In this document: one piece after another, positions 48,949-59,316 of the stretch | Position numbering within the stretch: the stretch's first letter is position 1 | Layout: every line of letters starts with the position of its first letter | Source of the DNA: Deltaproteobacteria bacterium | GTDB taxonomy: Bacteria; Desulfobacterota; Syntrophia; Syntrophales; JAAYKM01 | Length of the DNA: 64,000 nucleotides | Direction: 5' to 3' | Assembly (NCBI GenBank): GCA_012522415.1 | Contig: JAAYKM010000032.1 | Span: 2,414 to 66,413, forward strand | Notes under the pieces: generated by a model | Told to the model about the DNA's origin: nothing | Seen by the model: the letters and a program-made list of their open reading frames with translations, nothing else | The model's database searches: none | Translations under genes and position numbers: made by a program

Positions 48949-51054
48949 TCAGGGACGGTCTTGGATGATTGTTGCATCCACGATGACCGGGCCGGATTCC
49001 GAGAGAATCAGTGGATTGATATCGATTTCCCGAATGGACGGGAATGCATTGCCGAGTCGTCCCAGTATAACCAGATAGCGGGCAAGCACTTCGATCGGGG
49101 CCGGGGGATGCCCCCGGAATCCATTGAGGAGATGACCGTATTTAAGGCTTCCGATCAGGGAGGCGGCCTTTTGAACGGTCAGGGGGGCCAGCGCGAAAGC
49201 GGTATCTTTGACCGTTTCAGCGAAAATCCCCCCCAACCCGACCATTACGCAGGGCCCGTGCTGCGGATCGCGCATATAACCCATGATCAGTTCCAATGTT
49301 CCCTTGATCTGTCTTTGTATCAGAACGGCGCTTCCCGGAGGCATTCTGTTCTTCAGTTCATGAAAAGCGGCAATCAATTGGGGTTTGTCATGCAGATCGG
49401 CCCTCACGAGACCGGCTTCGGTTTTATGGATGCATCCCGGTTGCAACCCCTTTAAAATTACCGGATAGCCCATGCGGGCCGTGGCCTCCAGGCATGCGGC
49501 AACGGAAAGCGCTGGATGTTCTTCTACCGTCGGGAGGCCCGCTTTCATCAAAATTTTTTTTGAGACATGTTCATCCAAAATAGCGCCATCCTCGGGGAGG
49601 ATAATCTCTTCCGTCCATGCAAAATTCGACGAGTCTTCGGCTTCCATGTCCATCCAGTGTGTCGATGTATCCTCCAGCTTGAGCGCCGTGACCATACATT
49701 CCGTAGCCCGGTACAGTTCATGGTAGACGGGTATTCCCAGCTTCCTTGCCTCAACCTGAAAATTCAAGATTTCATCCCGCTCCCCAAGGGCCCAGATAAA
49801 AACCGGTTTTCCCCATTTACGGGAGAGTTCTGCCGTATTGGAGAGGTTCAGTCGGACCCGGGAAAACCCGGCAAAGGTATGAACCATGCAAGCGTCAACC
49901 CCTGTATCGGCAAGGACGGCATCCAGGGCAAGGGAATAGATGTCGAGACCTTGCCCGCTGTGCTGCTCCATAGCCGGCCAAAGGTCAACGGGATTGGCCG
50001 GTGGCATCCATGCCGGGAAAATAGTCGACAATTTTACCGTGGTTGCCCGATCCAATTCGGCCACTTTGATGCCGAAACCATCGAGAAAATCGGCCGCAAC
50101 AATTCCTGAGGCACCACTGAAAGTGAGAATGGCGATACCGGGCTGTTCCGATTTGTGTGGCCGGGGCAAGACCATTCCCAGGGTCCTGCAAAGATCGACC
50201 ATTTGATGGAAATCACGGGCCTCAAGGATTCCAGCCTGCCCCAGGACATCCGCCAGAATATGATGGTTGCCCGCCATACTGGCCGTGTGACTCATCGCCG
50301 CCTGCCTGCCGGTTTCGCTTTTCCCTCCTTTTAAAATGACCACGGGCTTGGCCCTACGGTGGAGTCGATAAATTTCGATGAAGCGCTTCAGATTCACGAA
50401 GGATTCCAGATAAAAGCCGATGACACGGGTATCGTTGTCCTGAAGCAGGTATTCGAGCAGATCGCATTCGTTGATATCGACCCTGTTGCCGATGGAGCAG
50501 ACTTTATTGAATCCGGATATTTTGTGAGACAGGAGATCGACGATAAACCCCGCTGACAGCATACCGCTTTGTACGACCAAAGACACGGGGCCCGGCTCAA
50601 GCAGACCACTCAAGGACAAAGGATCCGTGAAGGAGAAAACAAAGCCGTTTTTCCCGTCAACAAGACCCATGCAATTGGGGCCCCAAATACGGGTGTCTGT
50701 CTGTCCGGTCAGCATTGAAAGCCGGGTCTGGCTAATTTCCCCGTCCCCGCCTATTTCTGAAAAACCGCCGGATTCGATGATCACTCCGGGGATACCCTTG
50801 GCAACACAGGCCTTGGCTGCATCCGGGGTCTGGTTTGCGGGAATGAAGAGAATGGCCAGGTCCGGTTTACCGGGTACATCATATACGGATGGATAACAGA
50901 CCAGGTTTCCAATACTTTTGTACCGAGGATTCACGGGGTAGATGGGGCCTTGGAATGTATTCTGCAGGTTCTGCAGAATGGCATAGCCTCCCTTGGACTT
51001 GTTGGGGGTAGCACCAACGATAACAATACTTTTGGGATGAAAAAAAAATTCCAT
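48949..51054 (-). CDS. ADP-forming acyl-CoA synthetase (fused alpha/beta, CoA-binding + ATP-grasp)
   Basis: N-terminus FFHPKSIVIVGATPNKSKGGYAIL (CoA-binding), GPNCMG, HTASMAG (phosphohistidine loop) and a C-terminal ATP-grasp domain. GAAGGA SD before ATG at 51054. Confidence 0.85.
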   Translation of the reverse strand: MEFFFHPKSIVIVGATPNKSKGGYAILQNLQNTFQGPIYPVNPRYKSIGNLVCYPSVYDVPGKPDLAILFIPANQTPDAAKACVAKGIPGVIIESGGFSEIGGDGEISQTRLSMLTGQTDTRIWGPNCMGLVDGKNGFVFSFTDPLSLSGLLEPGPVSLVVQSGMLSAGFIVDLLSHKISGFNKVCSIGNRVDINECDLLEYLLQDNDTRVIGFYLESFVNLKRFIEIYRLHRRAKPVVILKGGKSETGRQAAMSHTASMAGNHHILADVLGQAGILEARDFHQMVDLCRTLGMVLPRPHKSEQPGIAILTFSGASGIVAADFLDGFGIKVAELDRATTVKLSTIFPAWMPPANPVDLWPAMEQHSGQGLDIYSLALDAVLADTGVDACMVHTFAGFSRVRLNLSNTAELSRKWGKPVFIWALGERDEILNFQVEARKLGIPVYHELYRATECMVTALKLEDTSTHWMDMEAEDSSNFAWTEEIILPEDGAILDEHVSKKILMKAGLPTVEEHPALSVAACLEATARMGYPVILKGLQPGCIHKTEAGLVRADLHDKPQLIAAFHELKNRMPPGSAVLIQRQIKGTLELIMGYMRDPQHGPCVMVGLGGIFAETVKDTAFALAPLTVQKAASLIGSLKYGHLLNGFRGHPPAPIEVLARYLVILGRLGNAFPSIREIDINPLILSESGPVIVDATIIQDRP

Positions 51055-51128
51055 GACGAATCCTTCGGTAGGAACCCGTTTACGGCATGTTACCATAATT
51101 TGCCGTTATTTGTTCAATAAGGAGTGGG

Positions 51129-52430
51129 CTATTTCATCAGGCTGGGCAGGTAAAGGGCGAGTTGGGGGAAAATCATGACCAGGAGAACAGTTGAGAACAG
51201 GGCCGCCATCATCCATATGGTGCCCCTGAATATGATATGGAGGGGGACATCCCGGGCAACCCCGGCCACAACATACACGTTGATCCCTATGGGGGGGGTG
51301 ATGACACCGATTTCAGCCACCAGCACAATGATGACACCGAACCAGATGGGATCGTAACCCAGTGTTGTTACAACCGGGAAAAAAACCGGGACCGTCAACA
51401 TGACCATGGCCAGGGAATCCATGAGACAGCCGAGAAGGACATAGATCAAGATAATCATGGCCATGATCGCAAAGGGGGGCAGGGGAAGGCCTCCGACCCA
51501 CACGCCGATATCGGTTGGAATGCGGGTTACAGCGAGAAAATGACCGAAAATCGTTGCTCCGGCGACAATAACCATGATCATGCAGGTGATGCGTACGGTA
51601 TCGTCCAGGGTTTTCAAAAACCCATCCCAGGAAAGATTTCGTCCGACGACCGCAATGACGAGCGTTCCCAAAGCGCCGATAGCGGCGGCCTCGGTGGGCG
51701 TGAAAAGGCCGATGAAAAGCCCGCCCATGACAAGAAAAAACAGGATCAGCGTTTCAATCAGGCCGGAAAGCGAAGCGATTTTCTCCGTCAACGTGGATTT
51801 AGGACCCCGTGGCCCCACACCCGGTTTCAGTAGGTTCCACAGGATAATCGTCAAGGTGAACATGAATGACAGAAGGATCCCCGGCAACACACCAGACATG
51901 AATAACTTGCCGATCGATTGTTCCGTCATGATGCTGTAAACGATAAAGATGGTACTCGGCGGGATGAGGATCCCCAAGCTTCCGGCTGCGGCAACGACCC
52001 CGGTCGCCAGAGAGGGATCGTAGTTGTATTTTTTCATTTCCGGGAGGGTGACGGAGGCCATGGTGGCGGCGGTCGCACTGGTGGAGCCGCAAATGGCGGA
52101 AAAGCCCGCGCAGGCTCCGACAGTGGCAATGGCAAGTCCTCCCGGAAAGTGACCGATGAATTTATGGGCGGCGTTGAATAGTCTTGTGCTGATTCCGGAG
52201 TGGAAGGCACATTGGCCCATAAAAACAAACAGGGGAATCACCGTCAGATTGTAGGAACTGAATACGGAGAAAAAATCTCTGGCGACAAGATTCATGGACG
52301 CATCCCAGGAAACCAGCATCCCGAAACCGGCAAATCCGACCAGAGCCATAACAAATCCGACGGGCATCTTCAAAAACATCAGGATGATCAGAACGATAAA
52401 ACCTGCGATTCCTGCTTCGGTCGGAGTCAT
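51129..52430 (-). CDS. dctM: TRAP transporter large permease (DctM family)
   Basis: 433 aa, about 12 TM, with a typical DctM sequence style. It overlaps the dctQ stop. Confidence 0.88.
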   Translation of the reverse strand: MTPTEAGIAGFIVLIILMFLKMPVGFVMALVGFAGFGMLVSWDASMNLVARDFFSVFSSYNLTVIPLFVFMGQCAFHSGISTRLFNAAHKFIGHFPGGLAIATVGACAGFSAICGSTSATAATMASVTLPEMKKYNYDPSLATGVVAAAGSLGILIPPSTIFIVYSIMTEQSIGKLFMSGVLPGILLSFMFTLTIILWNLLKPGVGPRGPKSTLTEKIASLSGLIETLILFFLVMGGLFIGLFTPTEAAAIGALGTLVIAVVGRNLSWDGFLKTLDDTVRITCMIMVIVAGATIFGHFLAVTRIPTDIGVWVGGLPLPPFAIMAMIILIYVLLGCLMDSLAMVMLTVPVFFPVVTTLGYDPIWFGVIIVLVAEIGVITPPIGINVYVVAGVARDVPLHIIFRGTIWMMAALFSTVLLVMIFPQLALYLPSLMK

Positions 52431-52909
52431 TTGAAGAGCCTTCCAAGTGATTTGGCGATGTCGAAGAGCAAAGCCAGACAGAGAAAGGCGCAGCCCACGG
52501 CGATACCGGCAACAACCGGATAAACCGGTATGCCGAGGGTGAGAGAAACCTCTCCGCTATGCTTCATGTCCTGGGCATAGATTTGGCACTGTCGGGTAAT
52601 GATGACGAACAGGGCCAGTGAGACGGACGTCACCGCACCCTCAAGAAAGACCTGCACGCTTCGGGGAAGACGTTCAAAGAATATTTCAACGGCGATATGG
52701 CTCCGCTCCACCGATGTATAGGCCATGGCGAAGGAAATGACCAGAGCCCCGAAAAATCCAACCAGCTCATAGGTGCCGGGAATGGGGTGCCCAAAGAAAC
52801 GCAGGATTACGTCGGCACAGGTCAGAAGCATCATCATCATGACCACGATGCCGGAGAACATCGAAATGCTTCTGGCTGCTTGGTGGACCAATCTCTCTAG
52901 TTTCAACAT
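52427..52909 (-). CDS. dctQ: TRAP transporter small permease (DctQ family)
   Basis: 160 aa, 4 TM, located between dctP and dctM. Confidence 0.82.
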   Translation of the reverse strand: MLKLERLVHQAARSISMFSGIVVMMMMLLTCADVILRFFGHPIPGTYELVGFFGALVISFAMAYTSVERSHIAVEIFFERLPRSVQVFLEGAVTSVSLALFVIITRQCQIYAQDMKHSGEVSLTLGIPVYPVVAGIAVGCAFLCLALLFDIAKSLGRLFK

Positions 52910-52989
52910 GATTCCATTTCCGGTTTAAAACACGGATGGCGGCAATGTGAAGCCTACCCATCCATCCCCGCCATCTATTCCCGGTGTGG

Positions 52990-54027
52990 CTATTGAACTG
53001 ATTTGGAGCGCTTTATAATGAGCTTCGCTGTTTCCTTTACCGCCTTGGTGCCTGGAAGGCCCTTTGCGTCGGCAGCGGTCGTAAATTCAGCAATAACCGG
53101 GATAACCGCATTCTTCCAGCGCTGATTTTCCGCGGGGGACAGGGGAATGATTTTATTTCCCAGACTCAGCGTAAAGGCCCTGCCTTCTGCATCGAGATCA
53201 TCCCAGGTTTTCGCGTGCACGTGAATCCATTCCCGGTTGACATCATGGATGATCTGTTGGATGTCTTTCGGAAGGGAACGCCATTTTGTCTTGTTCATAA
53301 CAACAAACATGGCGGTGGTGTAACCGATACCCGTGCAGTTGGTGGTGTTTTTTATGACCTCCGCCTGTTTCCAACCCTTGAGGACCTCAATGGGGCCGAT
53401 GGTGCCGCCGACAACGCCCTTCTGAAGGGACTCATAGGTGGAACCCTGGGGCATGGCCACGGGTACACCGCCGAGGCTGCTGATAACCTTCGAACTCAAC
53501 CCTGTGGAACGAATTTTGAGACCTTTCATATCCTCAAGCGTTTTGACCGGCTTCGTTGTGTGCAAGAGACCTGGGCCGTGGGCATGGAGATACATTACCT
53601 GAACATCATCCAGTTCCCGAGGGGTGAACTGTTTATAAAAATCATTGGCAACATAGGTTGCCACTTTACCGTTCGGGTAACCCATTGGAAGATCTAACAC
53701 CTCCATCAGGGGGAAACGACCACGAGTATAGGCAAAACAGGACATGCCGATATCGGAAATACCTTTGACAACGCCGTCATAACATTGATCAGCCTGTGTT
53801 AGGGTGCCGGAGGAGAACACGGTGATCTTCACACGTCCCCGGGTTCTTTTTTCCACCTCTTTGGCCCAGGCTTCTCCTGCCTTGGCCTGGCCATGACTGG
53901 CCGGGAAGAAGATGCTGTATGTCAAATTGTAGGTTTTCGCGTTGACGGTGGTGGTGAAGAGAAAAGGTGACACAACCATGGCGAAAATGAAAACAAGACA
54001 AACGGTTACCAACAGGTTTTTTCTCAT
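52990..54027 (-). CDS. dctP: TRAP transporter substrate-binding protein (DctP family)
   Basis: Signal peptide, 345 aa, with the DctP-type SBP pattern (..[26 protein letters not shown]..). Confidence 0.85.
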   Translation of the reverse strand: MRKNLLVTVCLVFIFAMVVSPFLFTTTVNAKTYNLTYSIFFPASHGQAKAGEAWAKEVEKRTRGRVKITVFSSGTLTQADQCYDGVVKGISDIGMSCFAYTRGRFPLMEVLDLPMGYPNGKVATYVANDFYKQFTPRELDDVQVMYLHAHGPGLLHTTKPVKTLEDMKGLKIRSTGLSSKVISSLGGVPVAMPQGSTYESLQKGVVGGTIGPIEVLKGWKQAEVIKNTTNCTGIGYTTAMFVVMNKTKWRSLPKDIQQIIHDVNREWIHVHAKTWDDLDAEGRAFTLSLGNKIIPLSPAENQRWKNAVIPVIAEFTTAADAKGLPGTKAVKETAKLIIKRSKSVQ

Positions 54028-54273
54028 GGTACTGATCCTCCCTTATTTTTTAAAAAACAGTTGTGGTGGAGTCTATGAATAATTGAATCGGGATGAAACT
54101 TGGAAAGCCTGCTCATCCCAGAATGGGGACAAGCAGGCGCCGATACAGATAAGTGAGTAACAGAATATGGCAAGGCAGAAAAAACATATGTACAGTGAAA
54201 TTATCCATCGATATCGAACAAATTCCCGTATGACTCCAAGTTGAGCGAGGATTATTGTATTTTACTTTGTGTG

Positions 54274-54586
54274 TCAAGAAATATTTCCCGACTGTGTCTG
54301 GCCCCTCTCCTTCAACTTCTCCAGTTCCTTCCGATAGCGTTCCGCCTCAACCTTGGCGGCTTCCGCGTCTTCCCGGGCTTTGCGGACGGCCATTGCCTGC
54401 CGTTCCTGTTTCCGATCAAGTCTGTTCTGCAGATCACCGAAGCCGATACAGGCGACTAAAACACCTCCGGCAAGAAGCAGAAACGGGATTCCCCCCTCTC
54501 AACAGGACAAGAAAATCGTCGAACCACAACACGAAGCCAAGCAAACCCAGAATGGTGGAAATAATCCCCCCGACGAACCAAGCCAT
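54274..54586 (-). pseudogene. small 2-TM membrane protein with a coiled-coil tail, frameshifted at a G6/C6 homopolymer
   Basis: GAGGT SD before ATG at 54586. MAWFVGGIISTILGLLGFVLWFDDFLVLLRGG is followed by the run at 54491-54496. The original frame stops at 54436-54434. With one base removed the frame continues IPFLLLAGGVLVACIGFGDLQNRLDRKQERQAMAVRKAREDAEAAKVEAERYRKELEKLKERGQ.. to TGA at 54276-54274. The total of 313 nt is 3n+1. Confidence 0.5.
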
Positions 54587-54857
54587 GATTTTACCTCAGC
54601 GTGCTTGGTTGCGAGATTTGTATCTCGTAAATAACCGCAGATTCAGAGATAATTTTTTAGAACAGGTAGCACAGTTGAAGGCCCTTTGCAATATCAATCC
54701 TTTGTTTAATCTCGGGAGATGATTGATGAAATGCGTGGATGGATCAGAAAAAAGACTTGATTAAAACGAAATGTTCAACTACGATGCGCCAGTTTGTTCG
54801 ATCCGGAAAAAAAGCGGACACTTCACCCAAGAAAAGCGACCCAAAGAGGATATTCGG

Positions 54858-55232
54858 ATGATTGAGCCTGATTTTAAAAAAGGAAACGGGCTGGTGCCTG
54901 TAGTTGTCCAGGATGATGAAACAGGCGACGTGCTGATGCTTGCCTATATGAACCGGGAAGCCTGGCTTAAAACCTTGGAGTCGGGAAAAGCGACCTTCTG
55001 GAGCCGGTCCCGAAATTCCTTGTGGCTAAAGGGAGAAACATCGGGTCATGTCCAGATTGTCAAATCCGTCTATATTGATTGTGACGATGACACGATTCTT
55101 CTTCGCGTGAATCAGATCGGTGGGGCTGCCTGCCATACCGGTTATCGTTCCTGCTTTTACCGGAGGATAGTCGGCGGCGATATGGAAATCATCGGGGAAC
55201 CTGTCTTTGACCCGGGAGATGTATACAAATGA
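54858..55232 (+). CDS. hisI: phosphoribosyl-AMP cyclohydrolase
   Basis: [25 protein letters not shown]...[18 protein letters not shown]...DCDDDT..ACHTG. Confidence 0.9.
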   Translation: MIEPDFKKGNGLVPVVVQDDETGDVLMLAYMNREAWLKTLESGKATFWSRSRNSLWLKGETSGHVQIVKSVYIDCDDDTILLRVNQIGGAACHTGYRSCFYRRIVGGDMEIIGEPVFDPGDVYK

Positions 55233-56107
55233 ATAATCATGTACTAAGGATTGGTCTTCCCAAGGGAAGTTTGGAGCAAAATACGATCGACCTCTTCAAA
55301 AGGGCAGGTTGGCATATTTCTTACGACAGTCGGAGTTATTTCCCCGATATTGACGACGATGAAATGAATTGTACTCTGGTGAGGGCTCAAGAGATGTCCC
55401 GTTACGTCGAGGACGGAAATATTGATCTGGGGTTGACGGGGCGTGATTGGATTCTGGAGAATGAGTCGGATGTGGTTCTGGTGCAGGATCTGATTTATTC
55501 CAAAGTATCGGCCCGGCCGGCTCGGTGGGTGCTGGTGGTACGCCAGGATTCACCGATTCGTACGCTGGAGGACATGCAGGGTAAGCGCATATCGACTGAA
55601 CTGGTCAATTTCACGAAAAAATATTTTTCCGAGCGGAAGATTGATGTTCATGTTGAATTTTCCTGGGGTGCGACGGAAGCAAAGGTCGTGGAGGGACTTG
55701 TTGACGCCATCGTGGAAGTGACGGAAACGGGTTCAACGATCCGGGCCAATAAGTTACGTATCGTTCAGGAGATGATGACGACCAATACCCAGCTGATTGC
55801 GAACCATACTGCCTGGAACGATCCCTGGAAACGACAAAAAATTGAGCAGATTCGATCTCTTTTGAACGGATCCTTGCAGGCCATGGGAAAAGTTGGGGTG
55901 AAGATGAACGTGGAGAAAGAAAATCTGGGCAGGGTCATTCTGTTGCTGCCGTCATTAAAGGCCCCGACCATTTCCGGTCTCTATTCGGAGGAATGGTATG
56001 CTGTGGAAACGATCGTTGATCAGAATGTGGTCAGAGATTTGATTCCCCTTCTACAGGAAGCTGGCGCGGAAGGAATCATTGAATATCCTCTGAACAAAGT
56101 CATCTAG
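55229..56107 (+). CDS. hisG: ATP phosphoribosyltransferase (long form)
   Basis: [10 protein letters not shown]..., TGRDW and [13 protein letters not shown] with a C-terminal regulatory domain. ATGA overlap with hisI. Confidence 0.9.
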   Translation: MNNHVLRIGLPKGSLEQNTIDLFKRAGWHISYDSRSYFPDIDDDEMNCTLVRAQEMSRYVEDGNIDLGLTGRDWILENESDVVLVQDLIYSKVSARPARWVLVVRQDSPIRTLEDMQGKRISTELVNFTKKYFSERKIDVHVEFSWGATEAKVVEGLVDAIVEVTETGSTIRANKLRIVQEMMTTNTQLIANHTAWNDPWKRQKIEQIRSLLNGSLQAMGKVGVKMNVEKENLGRVILLLPSLKAPTISGLYSEEWYAVETIVDQNVVRDLIPLLQEAGAEGIIEYPLNKVI

Positions 56108-56117
56108 TGGTGAACAT

Positions 56118-56708
56118 ATGAAAAGAAAAGGAGAGATCTACCGAAAAACCGCGGAAACGGAGATCAATTTATCCGTAAACCTGGATGGGAAGGGGGAGGC
56201 TGATCTGATTTCATCAGTTCCTTTTCTTGATCATATGTTGAATCTGCTCGCCCATCACGGCGGCTTGGATATGTTCGTTCGGAGCCAGGGTGATACACAG
56301 ATCGATGATCATCATTTGGTGGAGGATCTCGGCATTTGTCTGGGGGAAGCCGTGAAACAAGCTCTTCGGGATAAGAGTGATATCAAGCGTTACGGATCCG
56401 CCCTGATACCGATGGATGAGACCTTGTGCAACGCGGCGATTGATATCTCGGGGCGGCCTTACCTGGTTTACCATAGCGCATTGAAAGACCGAAAGATCGG
56501 GGGGTTTGATTCATCCCTTCTCCGGGAGTTTTTCAAAGCCTTTACGGACCACGCGGGTGTCACATTGCACATCAACGTCTTGTATGGTAGAAATACACAC
56601 CACATTGCGGAGGCCATTTTCAAGGCCTTTGCCCATGCTTTCAAGGAAGCTGTCGCACGTGGCCACAGTCAGAAAGGTGTGCTTTCGACGAAGGGAAGAC
56701 TGGATTAA
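56118..56708 (+). CDS. hisB: imidazoleglycerol-phosphate dehydratase
   Basis: RKTAETEI...PFLDHML...DDHHLVEDLGI...NTHHIAEAIFKAF. Confidence 0.92.
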   Translation: MKRKGEIYRKTAETEINLSVNLDGKGEADLISSVPFLDHMLNLLAHHGGLDMFVRSQGDTQIDDHHLVEDLGICLGEAVKQALRDKSDIKRYGSALIPMDETLCNAAIDISGRPYLVYHSALKDRKIGGFDSSLLREFFKAFTDHAGVTLHINVLYGRNTHHIAEAIFKAFAHAFKEAVARGHSQKGVLSTKGRLD

Positions 56709-56727
56709 AAAAAGACAGGAATACAAG

Positions 56728-57408
56728 ATGAAAGCAGGTTGCAAATCCATTTATCCTTTGGGGCTGGTTATTTTGGGCATCATCTTTCTCTTCGGTTGCG
56801 CAGGAGCGGTGAGCTCCTTGTCTTCGTCTTCTTCCGGGGCGGGAATGACCTACAAAAGAATTGCTGTTTTACGGTTCACTCAGGCAAATCCGGCTGATAC
56901 GATTGATAAGTTGATGCCTTCCGATATTGCCCTTCAGGGTGAGCGGGATGTGGATAGTCCGGAAAAGATCGTTGAAACGATTTTTCTGACCAGGCTCGGC
57001 GAAAACAGGGATACGGAGATTATCCCGGTTGAGGAAACCGAAGGAGTGTATCGCCAGCTTACGACGAAAACCATCTCACCCAAAGAAATCGAACTGATCG
57101 GCCAGCTCGGCAAAGCGTTGAAGGTCGATGCAATTGTGGTGGGTTATGTGTACCGTTATATGGAAAGAGTGGGGACGTCCTATGCCGTTGAAAAACCGGC
57201 ATCGGTTGCCTTTGAGATTCACCTGATCGACGTGAAAGCCGGAATTCGAACGTGGCGGGCGACTTTCGACAAGACCCAGCGTTCCCTGATGGAAAACCTT
57301 TTCAATTTTCGTTTTTTTGTTAAGGATAGAGGCCGTTGGATCACGGCAAGGGAATTGGCTGAGGAAGGGATTGATCAGGTCATGCAAAATTTCCCCGGTA
57401 CACGTTGA
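56728..57408 (+). CDS. lipoprotein of unknown function
   Basis: Lipobox LFGC at residues 20-23 and a Ser-rich linker. No family recognised. The track ORF 56506..57408 is an out-of-context upstream extension that overlaps hisB. Confidence 0.6.
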   Translation: MKAGCKSIYPLGLVILGIIFLFGCAGAVSSLSSSSSGAGMTYKRIAVLRFTQANPADTIDKLMPSDIALQGERDVDSPEKIVETIFLTRLGENRDTEIIPVEETEGVYRQLTTKTISPKEIELIGQLGKALKVDAIVVGYVYRYMERVGTSYAVEKPASVAFEIHLIDVKAGIRTWRATFDKTQRSLMENLFNFRFFVKDRGRWITARELAEEGIDQVMQNFPGTR

Positions 57409-57500
57409 AGAGAAGCGGAATCAGCCAAGATTAGATAAACACTGATCGACGGAATCTCCGGTCCACGGGGATTCCGATATTTTTTATGTGAGGCATCCAA

Positions 57501-58238
57501 TTGATTATAATACCGGCCATTGATTTACATGGAGGAAAATGTGTCCGACTCCTGCAGGGAGATTTTGACCGGGTAACGGTTTATGCGGATGATCCGGTTG
57601 GTATGGCGTTAAACTGGCAAGAACAGGGGGCACAACGTCTCCATATTATCGATCTTGACGGATCCCGTGAGGGTATGCCAAAAAACAGGGAAATTATCGT
57701 CAGGATTGCGAGGGAACTTCGGATTCCCATTGAGCTTGGTGGTGGCATTCGGGACATGAAAACGGTAGAGGCCTACCTGAAGGAAGGCGTCGAGTGGCTG
57801 ATCTTGGGAACCGCGGCGATCCGGGACGGCCAGTTCCTCCGTAACGCCTGTGAGGCGTTTCGGGATCACATCATTCTGGCTCTCGATGCCAGGGATGGCC
57901 AGGTTGCCGTGCAGGGTTGGACGGAAACGACGGCTCTGTCGGCCTTGGATATCATTGAACGGTTTCAGGATTATGGTTTAGCGGCAGTCGTTTACACCGA
58001 CATTTCCCGGGACGGTATGCAGACGGGTGTTAACGTGGACGCAACGAAAAAGCTCGCCCAGACGACGGAGATTCCCGTGATCGCTTCCGGAGGGGTTTCC
58101 GATATTAGGGATATAGAGAAGCTGATGCAAATCGAGCAATACGGTGTCCTCGGGGTGATTGCGGGCAAGGCTCTGTATGCGGGAACGCTGTCATTGCCAG
58201 AGGCGATTGCTGTTGCCGGACGGAATCCAGAGGGTTAA
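57501..58238 (+). CDS. hisA: 1-(5-phosphoribosyl)-5-[(5-phosphoribosylamino)methylideneamino]imidazole-4-carboxamide isomerase
   Basis: IIIPAIDLHGGKCVRLLQGDF..., HIIDLDG and ASGGVS. TTG start. Confidence 0.9.
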   Translation: MIIIPAIDLHGGKCVRLLQGDFDRVTVYADDPVGMALNWQEQGAQRLHIIDLDGSREGMPKNREIIVRIARELRIPIELGGGIRDMKTVEAYLKEGVEWLILGTAAIRDGQFLRNACEAFRDHIILALDARDGQVAVQGWTETTALSALDIIERFQDYGLAAVVYTDISRDGMQTGVNVDATKKLAQTTEIPVIASGGVSDIRDIEKLMQIEQYGVLGVIAGKALYAGTLSLPEAIAVAGRNPEG

Positions 58239-58286
58239 GAAAATCCGGACGAACAGGTTGCGCATTTTGCAACGGGAGGGCACATA

Positions 58287-58631
58287 GTGGAAAACTGCAT
58301 ATTCTGTGAAATTGCCAGGGGAAAGATTCCATGTAACAAGGTGTATGAAGATGAGCTGGTCATGGCCTTCGATGATATCCACCCGATGGCACCGGTGCAT
58401 GTCATCATCGTTCCGAAAAATCATATAGCGACAGTGATGGATATGGATCTTGACCATGCCGATGTGAGCAGGGCGTTTTTCCGTGCCATTCAGGCTATTG
58501 CGAAGCAAAAGAATGTGGATCAGACAGGGTTTCGTACGGTGATCAATTGTAACGAGGAGGGAGGGCAGGTTGTCTTTCATCTTCATCTCCATCTGCTGGG
58601 CGGGAAAAAGCTCGTGGATGAGTTAGGTTGA
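58287..58631 (+). CDS. HIT-family (histidine triad) nucleotide-binding protein
   Basis: CIFCEIARGKIP...HVIIVPKNH...FHLHLHLLGG. GTG start. Confidence 0.88.
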   Translation: MENCIFCEIARGKIPCNKVYEDELVMAFDDIHPMAPVHVIIVPKNHIATVMDMDLDHADVSRAFFRAIQAIAKQKNVDQTGFRTVINCNEEGGQVVFHLHLHLLGGKKLVDELG

Positions 58632-58759
58632 AGCCATCGAGAAATCATTATGAATGCCTTGGACAATTTTCTCATATCAGCTTGGTTGACAAAATAAATT
58701 CATGGTTTATCTTAGATTCCGGTAGGTGAGATTTAACAGAAGCTTATCAGGAACGGGTA

Positions 58760-59212
58760 ATGAAGATGGATTACAGAGAAAAATTGGACCAACAAATGGT
58801 CCAGGCGGCAAAAAGCCAGGATAAGGGCCGCCTTTCCGCCCTGCGGATGATCAAAAACACACTTCATAACAAAGAAATCGACCTGCATCGTGCCATGGAA
58901 GAGGCAGAATTTATCCAGGCCTTGTCGGCAATGGCCAAACAGAGGAATGATTCCATCGAGCAATTCCGAAAAGGTGGCCGTCAGGATCTGGTCGAGAAAG
59001 AGACCATGGAGCTAAGGGTCATACAGGAGTTTCTGCCCGCCCAGTTGTCGGAAAAAGAAATCTTAGGAGAAATAGAAGGGGCCATTGCCGAAACGGGGGC
59101 GACCGGTATCCGGGATATGGGTAAGGTGATGAAGCTTCTTATGCCGAAATTGACAGGCAGGGCTGATGGAAAGCTTGTTGGTGATAAGGTAAAGGAGAGA
59201 CTTTCCGGATAA
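58760..59212 (+). CDS. yqeY: GatB/YqeY domain-containing protein
   Basis: KEKLDQQMVQAAKSQDKGRLSALRMIKNTLHNKEID... plus its position before dnaG-rpoD. Confidence 0.82.
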   Translation: MKMDYREKLDQQMVQAAKSQDKGRLSALRMIKNTLHNKEIDLHRAMEEAEFIQALSAMAKQRNDSIEQFRKGGRQDLVEKETMELRVIQEFLPAQLSEKEILGEIEGAIAETGATGIRDMGKVMKLLMPKLTGRADGKLVGDKVKERLSG

Positions 59213-59316
59213 TCAGTATCATTTGTGACGGAATGGTCATGAGGGGAGGACCACTCCCCGTGTAAACAGGGCTTGGAGATCGTGGCGTTGTTTCTCCTGC
59301 GGAAGGGAATACAAGC

